From the IMG/VR virus record IMGVR_UViG_3300022539_000516: 64,000 bases of DNA; one strand, written 5' to 3'. This document shows, piece by piece, positions 10,284 to 21,659 of the stretch. The notes below the pieces were generated by a model, which saw only the letters and a list, made by a program, of their open reading frames with translations, did no database searches and was not told the origin of the DNA. Made by a program: the position numbers and the translations under genes. Positions within the stretch are counted from its first letter, which is position 1, and every line of letters starts with the position of its first letter. This DNA comes from a virus.

Positions 10284-10910
10284 AAAAATCTCAGGAGGAA
10301 AAATGAGCGCAGAAAGTGAAATTGATAGGCTGGCTGATTTTTTGCTAAAGAACTATCCTAGCGAACCTGGCAGAACAGGCGTATCTGAAAGTGCAGTTGA
10401 TGTAGCCATTCGGTTGTTGAGTAAAAAATGAAACCAAACAAACTTATAAATGTTCCGTGGCCTGAGTGTTCAATCGATTGTGAATGTATTAAACATCTTG
10501 GAGCAGGTGAATGCGAAAATGTATGTCCAGAAAAATTTAAAAAGGAAGAGAAATGCAAGAAATGCTTACAATTATAGGTATAGCTATCTTAGTTCAACTC
10601 AGTTATCTTTTAGGCTATATTGCCGGTCAACGCAATATAGCTGAATATTTCCATATAAAACTGCAACCACCACCGAAGGATTCTCCATGAAAGAACGTTT
10701 TCTTTTAGAAGACGATAAAAATTATTTGGAACAAATAATACCTAAAATGAGGGAAGAATCAATAAATCCTGATGGAAGTGAAACATCAAGAAGAGTAGCA
10801 ACAACCGTATTAGAACGAGCAATCATACAACTGGATAAGGTTAGAAAAGAATTGAAAGAATACGATACATCTTAAAAGGAGAAGTTCGGAAGTGATGGAG
10901 AGAATATAGT

Positions 10911-11357
10911 ATGAAAGAAATACTTGGGGACCTCTTTGAGCAAAAAGATGCTGATGCTATCTGTATAACTACTAATGGTTTTATCAAAAGGAATGGCGAA
11001 GCTGTTATGGGCAGAGGTTGTGCCAGAGAAGCCGATGAAAGATGGAAATGTGCTAAAGAAGTAGGAGACATTCTGAAAGAGTATGGTAATAATGTCCACA
11101 TACTTCGACATGGAATACCACATACAGTGGTAATTTTTCCGGTGAAATATCATTGGAGGCAAAAGGCTGATTTGATACTTATTAAGAGGTCTACTCAGCA
11201 GTTAGTGGAGTTAGCTGACCGTCTCCACTGGAAGAGAATTGTGGTTCCAAGGCCGGGGTGTGGTAATGGAGGTCTAAGATGGGAAGTGGTCAAACCTGTC
11301 CTTGAACCAATCTTAGATGATAGATTCTTTGTGATAACGAAGGTTAAAAAGAACTGA
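10911..11357 (+). CDS. macrodomain (ADP-ribose-binding/hydrolase) protein
   Basis: GDLF..ADAICITTNG..VMGRGCA, FPVKYHW, VPRPGCGNGGL. Confidence 0.8.
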   Translation: MKEILGDLFEQKDADAICITTNGFIKRNGEAVMGRGCAREADERWKCAKEVGDILKEYGNNVHILRHGIPHTVVIFPVKYHWRQKADLILIKRSTQQLVELADRLHWKRIVVPRPGCGNGGLRWEVVKPVLEPILDDRFFVITKVKKN

Positions 11358-11697
11358 AAGAAATGGAAGATTTAAAATAATGAAAGACTTTAAACTGGAA
11401 TTTTTATCCTCCGGTTCTATAAGGGGGAGACAAATTATCCTTGATTACTTTGATAAAATGAAACAGTTAAAAGGAGGAAAAATGATTCTAGATGATGCAA
11501 TTCTTGCTTTGCTAACTCAGAAAGTATGGAGTGAAAATCAAATAACTGCTTTACAGGAACTTTCATATGAGGACATTGATATAGAAGAAAAGGTGAATGG
11601 AGATATAAAGCGACTACGGGGTAGAATTGAAAGCTATAGCACAGCTATTGATATTTTGAGCAAACATGCAAAAAAATCCTTATAAGGGAGAGTTTAA

Positions 11698-12687
11698 ATG
11701 AAAATTATCAAAAATATTGTAGTACCAACTGGTAACATTTTAGTAGTCGAAGGTGAATATGGATTACTTGAAATGCTATCTTTGGGCGATTACGGAAAAT
11801 CTAACAATTTAATAATGCTTCTAAAACCGGAAGATAGATGTAAAGATTTTCCTTTAAAATCTGTAAAGCATACCAATTTATTGCCTCTCGAAACAAAGTG
11901 GGTCATTACTATTTCAAGCCAGTATGGATGTGGTATGGGCTGTAACTTCTGTGATGTTCCTGAAGTAAAATGGAATGGAAAAGATGCTTCTTTAAAAGAC
12001 ATGGTTCATCAAGTGCTTACAGGAATAAAATTGCATCCTGAAATAGTATTTACTAAAAGATTAAACATTCACTTTGCCAGAATGGGAGAACCAACATTTA
12101 ATCCTTATGTATTAGATGTTACTAAATGGCTTAAAACACATATAGACCCTGAGTATCATATCCATCCAGTCGTATCAACAATAATGCCTAAAAATCATAA
12201 ATGGTTAAAAACTTTTATCCATAATTGGATGAGAATAAAAAACAGGTTATTGTATGGAGAAGCAGGATTACAATTAAGCATTAATTCCACTGATGAGAAA
12301 GAAAGAGAAATAATGTTTAACAATAATGCTTGTAGTTTAGAAGAGATTGCAAAAATTATGGAAGGAATTATTCCCAATGGTCGCAAGATAACTCTCAACT
12401 TTGCGGTAGCAAAGTATACTATTGACCCACAAGTTTTGTTAAAGTATTTTGACCCTGAGTATTATGTAATTAAATTGACTCCGATGCATAAAACGACAAC
12501 GGCCAAAAAGAACGGAATAAAAACCCCCGGTGATTATACTACAATTTATCCCTATATAGAAATAGCTGATAGTCTTCGACAAGCAGGGTATGATGTGTTA
12601 GTTTTTATTGCTTCTCTTGAAGAAGATGAAAGTTCAATAACTTGTGGAAATACGGTCTTAACTGAAATGACTAGGGTATCTCCATGA
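11698..12687 (+). CDS. RlmN/Cfr-like radical SAM protein
   Basis: ISSQYGCGMGCNFC (CxxxCxxC), RMGEP, LQLSINS, C-terminal ITCG. Confidence 0.8.
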   Translation: MKIIKNIVVPTGNILVVEGEYGLLEMLSLGDYGKSNNLIMLLKPEDRCKDFPLKSVKHTNLLPLETKWVITISSQYGCGMGCNFCDVPEVKWNGKDASLKDMVHQVLTGIKLHPEIVFTKRLNIHFARMGEPTFNPYVLDVTKWLKTHIDPEYHIHPVVSTIMPKNHKWLKTFIHNWMRIKNRLLYGEAGLQLSINSTDEKEREIMFNNNACSLEEIAKIMEGIIPNGRKITLNFAVAKYTIDPQVLLKYFDPEYYVIKLTPMHKTTTAKKNGIKTPGDYTTIYPYIEIADSLRQAGYDVLVFIASLEEDESSITCGNTVLTEMTRVSP

Positions 12688-12925
12688 AATGTCCTTTGTG
12701 TAAAAAAGAAATAGATTATGTAGAGTATTTAATGACCGGGGAAATTAAATTGAATAGTACCAAACTTGATTGGATTTCAATGAAAGCTGATGAATACCGA
12801 CTACTTACGGTATTCTGCCCAGAATGTAAGAAAAAACTTGATGTTGACTCTGATGATAAAATAATTTTGTCAAAAAGAAACCTTCTACCTTAAACTAGGA
12901 CATTGTTTTTTTCCTTTTAATAAAC

Positions 12926-13073
12926 GAATCCGCAATTGCAGAGCTTAGAAAGGCTTCACCAGAGGCGTTGTAAGGCGATAGAATGAAATGGTGGGCTGTT
13001 GATATAGCTAAACAAAAAAGTCGTCACCACGAGCCTTATATGAAGCCATTTAAACGAAGGGATTAGCGGATTC
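12926..13073 (+). ncRNA. intergenic rod-like structured element
   Basis: nested stems GAATCCGC/GCGGATTC, GGCTTCA/TGAAGCC, TAAGGC/GCCTTA in an ORF-free gap. Confidence 0.55.
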
Positions 13074-13592
13074 AGGAGGTCACCGTGGCAGAAAAAGAAT
13101 GTCCTCTTGCGAGAATAGCTGTGATAATCGCTTATTTTAACTATAGAAATTCAGAACAATATAGTAGCAAAATTAAAACTCTTGAAGGCTTTATGGGTTC
13201 GGCTCTATGTCACAAAGAAAATTGTGAATTATGGGATATAGGAAATGATATGTGCAGTATAAGTAACAGGTTACTGACATAAAACTGCTGCTATGCTTTG
13301 CATTGTAAATATAGATGAAAGGTAAAAAATGAGAACTATCCAGAAATTTATTGTAAAAGCACAAAAGAAATATGGTATCTACTATTGGGATACTTTTGAC
13401 AATTGGACTACGTTAGTACATGAAACAGACGATTTAGTAGTTGCAGAGAAGTGGGTTCGAAAACATTTTGGAGATAGAATAAAAGCAAATGGAGCAGATA
13501 GATGTGAAATAGTGAAGTATCCAGAAGGTGATATCGTTGAAACCTACAGTATCGGTTAAGAATAAATTATTAGTCTTGAAAAGGAGGAAAAA

Positions 13593-14255
13593 ATGCCGAT
13601 GCCGAAGAGTAAAGTAAAAATATGGGTATACAGAAAAGAAGATGAAAAGGTTTATACTTTTCTAGCTTCTGATGAAAAAGGATTGCCCAAAGAATACAGA
13701 AAATTGCCTTTTCTCATTGCTTTTCTTATTGCAGGTGATTATAATAATGGTATATTAAAAAATGCAAATAAATGGAGATTGGAAGATTTTGATACTCTCA
13801 ATCCATCAATAATTAAACTAATTGATAAAAGAAATGAATGTAGAAAAGTTGCTACTATTGAAGAAATGTTTGCAATAGTAACACAATATACAAACTGGAC
13901 TCACTATGATATTGACCAACCTGAAATAATAACAAGACTTGTAGAAGCAGAAAAATTTGATTTGGCCTGTTTATGTAAAGGACAAGAAAATCGTTTCTAT
14001 GTAGATAAGGAAGTCTTTGAATTTGCAAGAGCCATACAAGACGAATACAATCATCACAAACCAGAAAAAGGTGAATCGTGGAAGGTAATGACAATTGAAG
14101 AACTTGAAGCGGAACTTTTAAAAATGATAATGCATTTATTATTGGCAAAAGATATTACAATATCTAGTTATACTTGTCAAACAAAAAGATTTCATAAATC
14201 AGTAGATGCTGGAGTTTATCTAATGATGTTATACAGTAAATACGAAGAGGAATAA
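13593..14255 (+). CDS. hypothetical protein, possible C-terminal all-alpha NTP-pyrophosphatase-like domain
   Basis: KGESWKVMTIEELEAELL...DAGVYLMML. Confidence 0.3.
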   Translation: MPMPKSKVKIWVYRKEDEKVYTFLASDEKGLPKEYRKLPFLIAFLIAGDYNNGILKNANKWRLEDFDTLNPSIIKLIDKRNECRKVATIEEMFAIVTQYTNWTHYDIDQPEIITRLVEAEKFDLACLCKGQENRFYVDKEVFEFARAIQDEYNHHKPEKGESWKVMTIEELEAELLKMIMHLLLAKDITISSYTCQTKRFHKSVDAGVYLMMLYSKYEEE

Positions 14256-14803
14256 AGGGGTGAAAAAATGGATTCCATAAAAGCAGAAATAATAGCATGG
14301 CGAGAAATTGAAAAACTGTCTTGGAAGCAAATAGAGAAAGAAATACAGAAACAACTTGCCAATTTTGAGCTATCAATGGACAATATCAAGAAAATGTTTG
14401 CTGATAGATGGGGTAAGGGTGTTTGGATTGAAGATGAAAATTGAAGAACGGATAAGGAGGAGGTTGTGAAACAAATCGTTATCAAAATGAGTGACCAGAT
14501 GTGTGAAATGTTTTCCACCGTTCTTCTATTTAGAAAAGACAGAAAAACCTTTGAAAAAGGACTTTTAGAAAAAACTTTCACCACAATACTTGATGCTATA
14601 AAGAAGAATGAAAAAGAAGTAACAATAGAATGAAACAAAAAGTTAAAGTATCTATAACTCCTATAATTATTCGTTGGACTTGTTCTAATTGTCAGATGAC
14701 ATGGACGGAGAAAAGATATAACATGCCGTCTCGGTGTTTTCCTCTCCATTGCGACGAATGTAGAGGATTTTTTGAAGGTGAATGGCCGGAAAGGAAAAAA
14801 TAA

Positions 14804-15238
14804 ATGATAGTCTATAAAGTTGTTCGTACAAAAGGAAGAATGGGACGTCTTGTTAGCCTTATAGTAATAGACAGGAAAGTAATTCTTAAATACCGTATTA
14901 ATAAAGAAACAAAGCCAAAAATTGGAAAAATATTTGCTTTTTCAAATCTCAGGGATGCAAAGCATTTTGCAGAAGCTTTTCAGGGATATCTTCCAAAGAT
15001 TCTTGAATGTAGTGCAGAAAATGTAAAACCTATAAAATTCCTTGCTGGATTTGCCTACCATGAAATAGTATCTCAAGAGTTTGAGCTTTTCTGGGAAAAT
15101 TATTTTCGTATACCTTTAAAGGATAGATTGACATTGAGTGATGCAAAAATACAAAAATACATTCCATGTTTTGTATTTGCGCCGGAAGGTTCTGTCTGCG
15201 TAGATAGTTTAACTCCGAAAAAGGTTGTAGAATGTTGA
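14804..15238 (+). CDS. YKVV paralog family member 2
   Basis: VYKVV, PKIGKIFAF, ILECSA, FW, PEGS, SLTP. Confidence 0.85.
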   Translation: MIVYKVVRTKGRMGRLVSLIVIDRKVILKYRINKETKPKIGKIFAFSNLRDAKHFAEAFQGYLPKILECSAENVKPIKFLAGFAYHEIVSQEFELFWENYFRIPLKDRLTLSDAKIQKYIPCFVFAPEGSVCVDSLTPKKVVEC

Positions 15239-15620
15239 CAAAAAAAAGAAGAGTAATAGATAATCGCATAACAAAATGTCCTGTATGTAATATCGAAGTA
15301 GAAAAAATAGGACACGGATATATATGTTCTAAGTGTAAATTCATGTGGCAAAATGATACTTCTTCCAAAATAGTTATGAAAATGTCAAGAATACATATTT
15401 TAATGGATATAAAAGCTAAAGACAGCGAAAAATTCTCAGATATGAAGAGACGAGTATTTAATTCATGCACAGAAATAAACTACCACAATCCCGGAGATTA
15501 TTTTCTTTACGGGCCTTTATATCTCTACGATAAAAAAGCTACTCTTGGAGACCTTACTATACCTGTATCTACTGAACAAACTGAGAGACTAATAACTATA
15601 TATCGTGGAAGGAAGATATA

Positions 15621-15830
15621 ATGAAAGAATCTATAATAATAAAAACAAAATCTCTCAAAGAAGCCAGAGAAGAATTTGAAGCAAGGTACATAAGGACATT
15701 TCTTCGTCTTTATAACGGTCATGTTTCCAAAATAGCAAGAAAATTAAAAGTCCCAAGACAAAATATGTATATTAAGTTTAGAAAATATGGAATAAATCCC
15801 AAGTATTATAGAAAAAGACTCAGGTCGTAA
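15621..15830 (+). CDS. Fis-type helix-turn-helix protein
   Basis: SLKEAREEFEARYI..YNGHVSKIARKLKVPRQNMYIKFRKYGI matches the Fis/NtrC C-terminal HTH. Confidence 0.85.
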   Translation: MKESIIIKTKSLKEAREEFEARYIRTFLRLYNGHVSKIARKLKVPRQNMYIKFRKYGINPKYYRKRLRS

Positions 15831-16033
15831 ACTAAATGAAAACTAAAGTAAGAAAACCATTCATAATAGCATTTGGATATACATTTGGTATAGCCAATTT
15901 TGGCGTCGCTATAGAAAGAGTAATAAAAACAGAAACAATAGGCATATATAGTATATTTAATATGTTACTTGGAACTTTTTTGCTTTTGATGTATACATAC
16001 TTATTGTTCAAAAAGATGTAAAAGGACATACAG

Positions 16034-16942
16034 TTGAAAAAAACATTTTCATTTCCAAGACTCGGTAAATATACTAAAGTCCTAGAAGATTCGTTTAAAG
16101 AAATTGGGCTAAATATTATAATTGCACCTAAAACAACTAAGAAAACCGTAGAACTCGGGGTGAAATATAGCCCCGAAATGCAATGTATACCCTTCAAACA
16201 CAACCTTGGAAATTTCATCGAGGTTTTGGAGAAAAATAAAGATAAGAAGATAACATTGTTGTACTTCGCAAATTGTGGAATGTGTAGATGTCATTCTTTC
16301 CATGTAATATTAAGAAGGATTTTAACAGATACAGATTATGATTTTGATATGAATGTAGTACATATGCAATCCGTAGTTAAAGATTTAAAAAGGATAACTA
16401 TGGCTTCATTATGGCAAATATTTAAGGCTTTAAGAAAGGCATGGACTACATTAAAAAGGATAGAGAAAGAAGAAGAAATAAATAATAAAGGAGATATTAA
16501 AATAGGAATCTTCGGTGAATTCTTTACAGTAAATACCCCGGAATGTAACTTAAATTTATTTGAAAAACTGAGAGATTTAGGTTGTTATATAGAGAATGGA
16601 ATCTCCATAAGTTGGCTTGTCAAAAATAGTTTGCATTTAAATATCTTAGATAAAAGGGCAATAAAAAGGAAAGCTAAAAGGCTATTTCCAGTGAAGATTG
16701 GCGGACATGCAAAAGAATCAATAGTTAGTATGATTGACTTCTGTGAAAGAAAATTTGATGGTTGTATTTTTCTTAAACCACTAACCTGTATGCCAGAAAC
16801 TAATATAGAACCAATAATCCTTCATCTGAGTAAAAAATATAGGATGAATTTACTTATCTTAAATTTTGATGAAAACAATTATGAAACTTTATTAGATACT
16901 CAATTAGATACTTTTTGTGAGATGATTAGAAGAAAAAAATGA
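16034..16942 (+). CDS. 2-hydroxyacyl-CoA dehydratase-like partner of HgdC-type activase (COG3580/3581-like)
   Basis: FSFPRLG, SPEMQCIPFK..LGNF, CGMCR, IGIFGEFF, GGHA, DGCIFLKPLTCMPE, LNFDE. Confidence 0.8.
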   Translation: MKKTFSFPRLGKYTKVLEDSFKEIGLNIIIAPKTTKKTVELGVKYSPEMQCIPFKHNLGNFIEVLEKNKDKKITLLYFANCGMCRCHSFHVILRRILTDTDYDFDMNVVHMQSVVKDLKRITMASLWQIFKALRKAWTTLKRIEKEEEINNKGDIKIGIFGEFFTVNTPECNLNLFEKLRDLGCYIENGISISWLVKNSLHLNILDKRAIKRKAKRLFPVKIGGHAKESIVSMIDFCERKFDGCIFLKPLTCMPETNIEPIILHLSKKYRMNLLILNFDENNYETLLDTQLDTFCEMIRRKK

Positions 16943-17886
16943 AAGAAGTATCATTAGGATTAGATTCAGGAAATGGTACGATTAAAATTGTATTAAATGA
17001 CAACAAAGAAGTTGTTGATTATGTTTATTTAAAAAACAATGGGGTTGTTGATACAATAAAGGAAGGAATCAAAATACTATGCAAAAGAAATCCAGATGTA
17101 AAAGTAACAGCTTGTGGAGTCACTGGAGCTGGTAGAAAATTTGCTTCAAGAGTTGTTGGAAGTGATATATGCAAAACTGAAATTATCTGCCATACAATAG
17201 GTACACAAAACTTTATCTCCGATGTTAAAACCATCTTTGATATTGGTTGTAATGATAACAAAATAATAATTATAATGGAAGGAATAATAAGAGACTTTGC
17301 TATGCAGAGTATTTGTGCCAGTGGAACAGGGAATTTCTTAGAAACAATAAGTACAAAACTAGGAATTCCTGTAGAAGAATTTAGCAAAATTGCCTTAAAA
17401 AGTCAATCTCCTGCAACAATTAGTGGTAAGTGTACTGTATTTGCCATGTCATCCTGTGTTAGTAAATTAAACAGTGGATGTAAAAAAGAAGATATACTCA
17501 TGGGTGTTGCTAAATCTTTAGTAAGAAATTATTTCGGTATGTTGGGTAGAAATAAAGAATTAAAACCTCCTTTTGTATTCACTGGCGGAGTAAGTCAAAA
17601 TAAGGTGGTTGTCAAATGTATCGAAGAAGAGCTTAAGACAAAAGTAATAGTTTTAGAATATTCAAAGGTTATGGGCGCAATTGGTGCAGCAATCTTAGCA
17701 AAAGAATATATAGAAAGTAACGGTCATAAAACTAAATTCAAAGGGTTTAAAATATCAGATTTTAAATATCAAACCATAAGCAGGATAGGAAACTGTGAAA
17801 ATCAATGTGAAATAACAGATATATGGGAAAACAACAATAGAATAGGAATTTTTGGCAATAGATGTAGTAAATGTGAGACAGAGTAG
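16939..17886 (+). CDS. acyl-CoA dehydratase activase (HgdC/BadF/BcrAD-type ASKHA ATPase)
   Basis: GLDSGNGTIK, GVTGAGR, EIICH, DIGCND, CASGTGNFLE, CTVFA, FTGGVSQN, MGAIGAA. Confidence 0.9.
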   Translation: MKEVSLGLDSGNGTIKIVLNDNKEVVDYVYLKNNGVVDTIKEGIKILCKRNPDVKVTACGVTGAGRKFASRVVGSDICKTEIICHTIGTQNFISDVKTIFDIGCNDNKIIIIMEGIIRDFAMQSICASGTGNFLETISTKLGIPVEEFSKIALKSQSPATISGKCTVFAMSSCVSKLNSGCKKEDILMGVAKSLVRNYFGMLGRNKELKPPFVFTGGVSQNKVVVKCIEEELKTKVIVLEYSKVMGAIGAAILAKEYIESNGHKTKFKGFKISDFKYQTISRIGNCENQCEITDIWENNNRIGIFGNRCSKCETE

Positions 17887-19383
17887 ATGTACAAACCTGC
17901 TAAATGGGAAATACTTGCAGAATACATAGCAACACTATGTATGTGTTATACTTATGGTGTAGTATTTTTCTTCTCTTTATGGTATGGAAAATCAACAATT
18001 GACCCGGAGGAGTTTAAATGATACGAGAACCTGATATAGATGCTGAAAAGATTAAGGAAAAAATACAATCCTGCATGAATGAACTTCTTGATATTGATAA
18101 ATCTTCAGAAAATAATGGATACGGTCAGATTTTTGGAAAATCTATAGCTTTAATGATATCGAAATTAACTGTTTTAGTTATTGAAGAAAAGATTAAAACT
18201 GCAGAATTTTTAATAAAGGAATTTGAGAGTGGTTTATTGAAATTTATCAAAGATAAATAGGAAACAATATGGCAATCAAAGAACCAGATTTTCTTAAGAA
18301 CAAAAGAGTATCCTGTGGTTTGTATAAAATAATCTCAGGTTTTTTGGAGATATTTTCAGGAGAAGACCTTGATAAAGTTATTAAAGAAGTAACTTCCAAA
18401 ATTAAACATAACGACTCTGAATCTTTTGAAGAAATTTCATTAGGAGAAATTGTTCCAGTACAAGCTAAGGATAAGTATTCGAAATGGTTAACTAAAAGTA
18501 CATCCAGATTTTCCAAAGACTATACTAGGGATATACGTTCGTTTTTGAGTTGTTATAGAATCTTTTATGGAGTTGCAAGTGTATGTAATACATGTTATGG
18601 ACAATATATATGTGAAGATTTGAATAAAGAATTTAAAGGAGGATAAGGAGGTGAAAAAAAATGAAAAAGCTAGAAAAGTTTAAAGGTCTTATCCCGGATG
18701 TAGGAAAAGAACTCCTGACAAGCTATTTAGAAGAAACAAGCATAACAAACAGAATGAGATTGAAAGCGCAAATCCGTTCTCTATTTGAATTCCTTGACCC
18801 GGAGACAACTACTGGAGACTTGAGAAAACTATTTGACCAACTTCCTCAATTCAAAGATACCATGCAAAACATACTCGGTGATTTGGGTATAAACTCCGGT
18901 CAAGGGATTCCATATCCACCTACATTTTCTACTGGCCCACCCAGAACATCTGGAGGAGAAAGAAGTATAAGAATACCAGATGAATTTCGGGATGAAATAA
19001 AAAGAGTGCTTGCTGAAGAAAAAGAAAAAGCAACCCAAGAAGGAGGGAAAGATGACACAAGTCCATCTACTGAGTAATCTAGGTGATATTGTCATGGACA
19101 TCACCGATAAAGAAATAATAATAGACCTCACCAAAGCATCTATTTCAGAAAGAGAACTTTTTGACGAAGCTCTTGGAAGAACAAAATGTGAAAGGAAGGG
19201 AAATAAAATAACTATCAGGACAAAAAATCCACACAAAAAGGCTATCCAGATATTAAAACTACAGGGAATAAATCAAAGACTCAATTTCTCACTCTCCAAA
19301 GACGGCAAGATAAAATTAGTAAAAGGAGAACTTATGTTAAAACAAGAAAAAAAGTATGTATCTGCCCCAAAACATACGGGTGG

Positions 19384-19842
19384 ATGTTGATGGACAATAA
19401 ATTACACTATGTTATAGTAACTGGAATCATTATAAAAGATGGAAAATTCTTAATAGCAAAGAGAGCTTCCTGGGAAAAGTCTTTTCCCGGCTACTGGACT
19501 GTTCCGGGAGGAAAATTAGAAACTAATGATTATATAGGCAGACAAAAAACTACTTCTACTCACTGGTATAATGTTTTAGAAAAAACACTACGTCGAGAAG
19601 TAAAAGAAGAAGTAAATTTAGAAATAAAAAATATAAGATATATAACAAATATGACACATATCCGCATAGATAATATTCCAGAAGTAATCATAAGTTTATT
19701 TTGCGATTTTGCTTATGGAGAAATAATTTTGTGCAATGCTCTTACAGAATATGCTTGGGTATCTTTAAATGAAGCTAAAAAATATGATTTAATAGAAGGT
19801 ATATACGAAGAATTAGAAATGGTGGAAAAAATTGTTTCTTGA
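19384..19842 (+). CDS. Nudix hydrolase
   Basis: PGGKLE...TLRREVKEEVNL Nudix box. Confidence 0.9.
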   Translation: MLMDNKLHYVIVTGIIIKDGKFLIAKRASWEKSFPGYWTVPGGKLETNDYIGRQKTTSTHWYNVLEKTLRREVKEEVNLEIKNIRYITNMTHIRIDNIPEVIISLFCDFAYGEIILCNALTEYAWVSLNEAKKYDLIEGIYEELEMVEKIVS

Positions 19843-20829
19843 CAAACTTTTTGCAGAACTTAATGCACTTTCACTACTCAGTAGATTTCTCTCGGATTAT
19901 GAACTTGTACAATTAATATTTCATAATCAGTTAAACGTAATCGGTAGTGAAGGAAATATATATCGCATAGAAAATGGACCGGGGGGAATACACTCCCATT
20001 TAGTTAATGGATTTGGAGAAAAATCTACTGAGGGGTGGTGTGTAATGCAAAAATGGAATGAAGGAAATCCCACTGACAACATACCTTTCATGGATGAAGT
20101 TTTAACACAGAAGTTATGGCTTGAATCGGATGAAAGTGATTATATGAGTAATGCTCATCATCATCTATCATAAATGTCATTCTTTAATTTAAATCAAATA
20201 AAAACGAGAGTAACCTGTACTTATCCTTCTCAATGTAATTATTGGGATGAACAACTTGAGAAATGCACTATACCAGAAGATAAACAATGTCCTCTTGATG
20301 AAGAAGAAAATGAGGGAAAAAAGTAATGCCAGAAGATTTTTTATATGATACAATTCGTCTTACAAACAGTTTTAAAGATAAACTTCTGGCTATTTGGGGT
20401 TGGCAACGAGATAAAATGGAGGAAAATACAATGACTGGAGATGTTATTTATGGTTACGATAAATCAGTTCTTGCAGAAAAACAAGAATGTAAATGTCCAA
20501 AAGCAGCGAGACAAAAACTTATTTCATTAAAATGTGGAAATTGTAATAACAGAATTCATATACATGGCGGAAATACAGCAAAAGATATTGATGTAATTGT
20601 ATGTGGTGAATGTGGAACAAAAGGAGATTGGTTTATATAGTTATGCGTATCCGTATAATTAAAGAAGAAATCAAAGCTCTAATTCAATTTATCGACGCAA
20701 AACCGTCAGAACAAGACAAATATTTACTTACTCAAAACAAAGCTTCGTTAATAAGTTTAGTCAGGCAATTATGTGGATATATAGAAGCCCGTGAGTATCT
20801 TATAAAAGAATTGAGAAAGAAGGTAAAAG

Positions 20830-21258
20830 ATGAAAGATAGAATAGTAAAACCCGACGCAACAGTCTATAAAGTTGTAGAAGTAAAATCAAACCTAACTCC
20901 CAAATATACAATGTACAAAATCTCTTCTAGCCTAAAGAAAAGTAAACATAGATTTTGCAGTTGTGTTGTATATGATATAGATTGTGCAGTAAGTTATGAA
21001 ATAGGAAAAACGACAAAACCTAAGTTTGGTAAACTATTTGCATTTGAGTCATTGGATGCAGCAAAATATTTTAAAAGCAGAAAACGAATAATTTTAGAAT
21101 GTAAAGCAAAAAATGTAAGACCTAAATCTAATATGTGCATAGTATTTGATTATCAAATCTTTGAAGATTTTTGGTCTAAGTATGAATATAGAACTGGTAC
21201 TACTCCATCGGGAACAGTAACCTGTGATTCAATAACTCCTATAAGGATAGTAAAATGA
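20830..21258 (+). CDS. YKVV paralog family member 3
   Basis: VYKVV, YEIGKTTKPKFGKLFAF, ILECKA, PSGT, SITP. Confidence 0.85.
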   Translation: MKDRIVKPDATVYKVVEVKSNLTPKYTMYKISSSLKKSKHRFCSCVVYDIDCAVSYEIGKTTKPKFGKLFAFESLDAAKYFKSRKRIILECKAKNVRPKSNMCIVFDYQIFEDFWSKYEYRTGTTPSGTVTCDSITPIRIVK

Positions 21259-21659
21259 AAGACTTAGTAATTTTTCCAGAAATTGAGTATCCTTTTGTGA
21301 ATACAGGTGAAGGTGGTATGGCAGTATTTTTTGTTCTTTTGAAAAACTTCCAAAAAGATAGACAAAAATGTTCTGGAGGAAACGGATTGTGGCCTGTGCA
21401 AGATGTAGTAGTATGGCCGCCAAAATATATGGATATTAACTCAAAAGGATTTAGAAACCCTGTCGACCTGATAATGCTTGTCGCTTCTACAAAAATGTCG
21501 TTATGGGACGAAAGAAAAAAATGTTACTGGCACGCAACAGAAAAAGATTTAATAGAAGAAGGAAAAATATTATTTGACATGATAGAAAGAATTTATGGAC
21601 AAAAACCAGATATAGTAACTTTGCTGGATACATAATTTAGCTCAGGAGATTTCGCCTTT

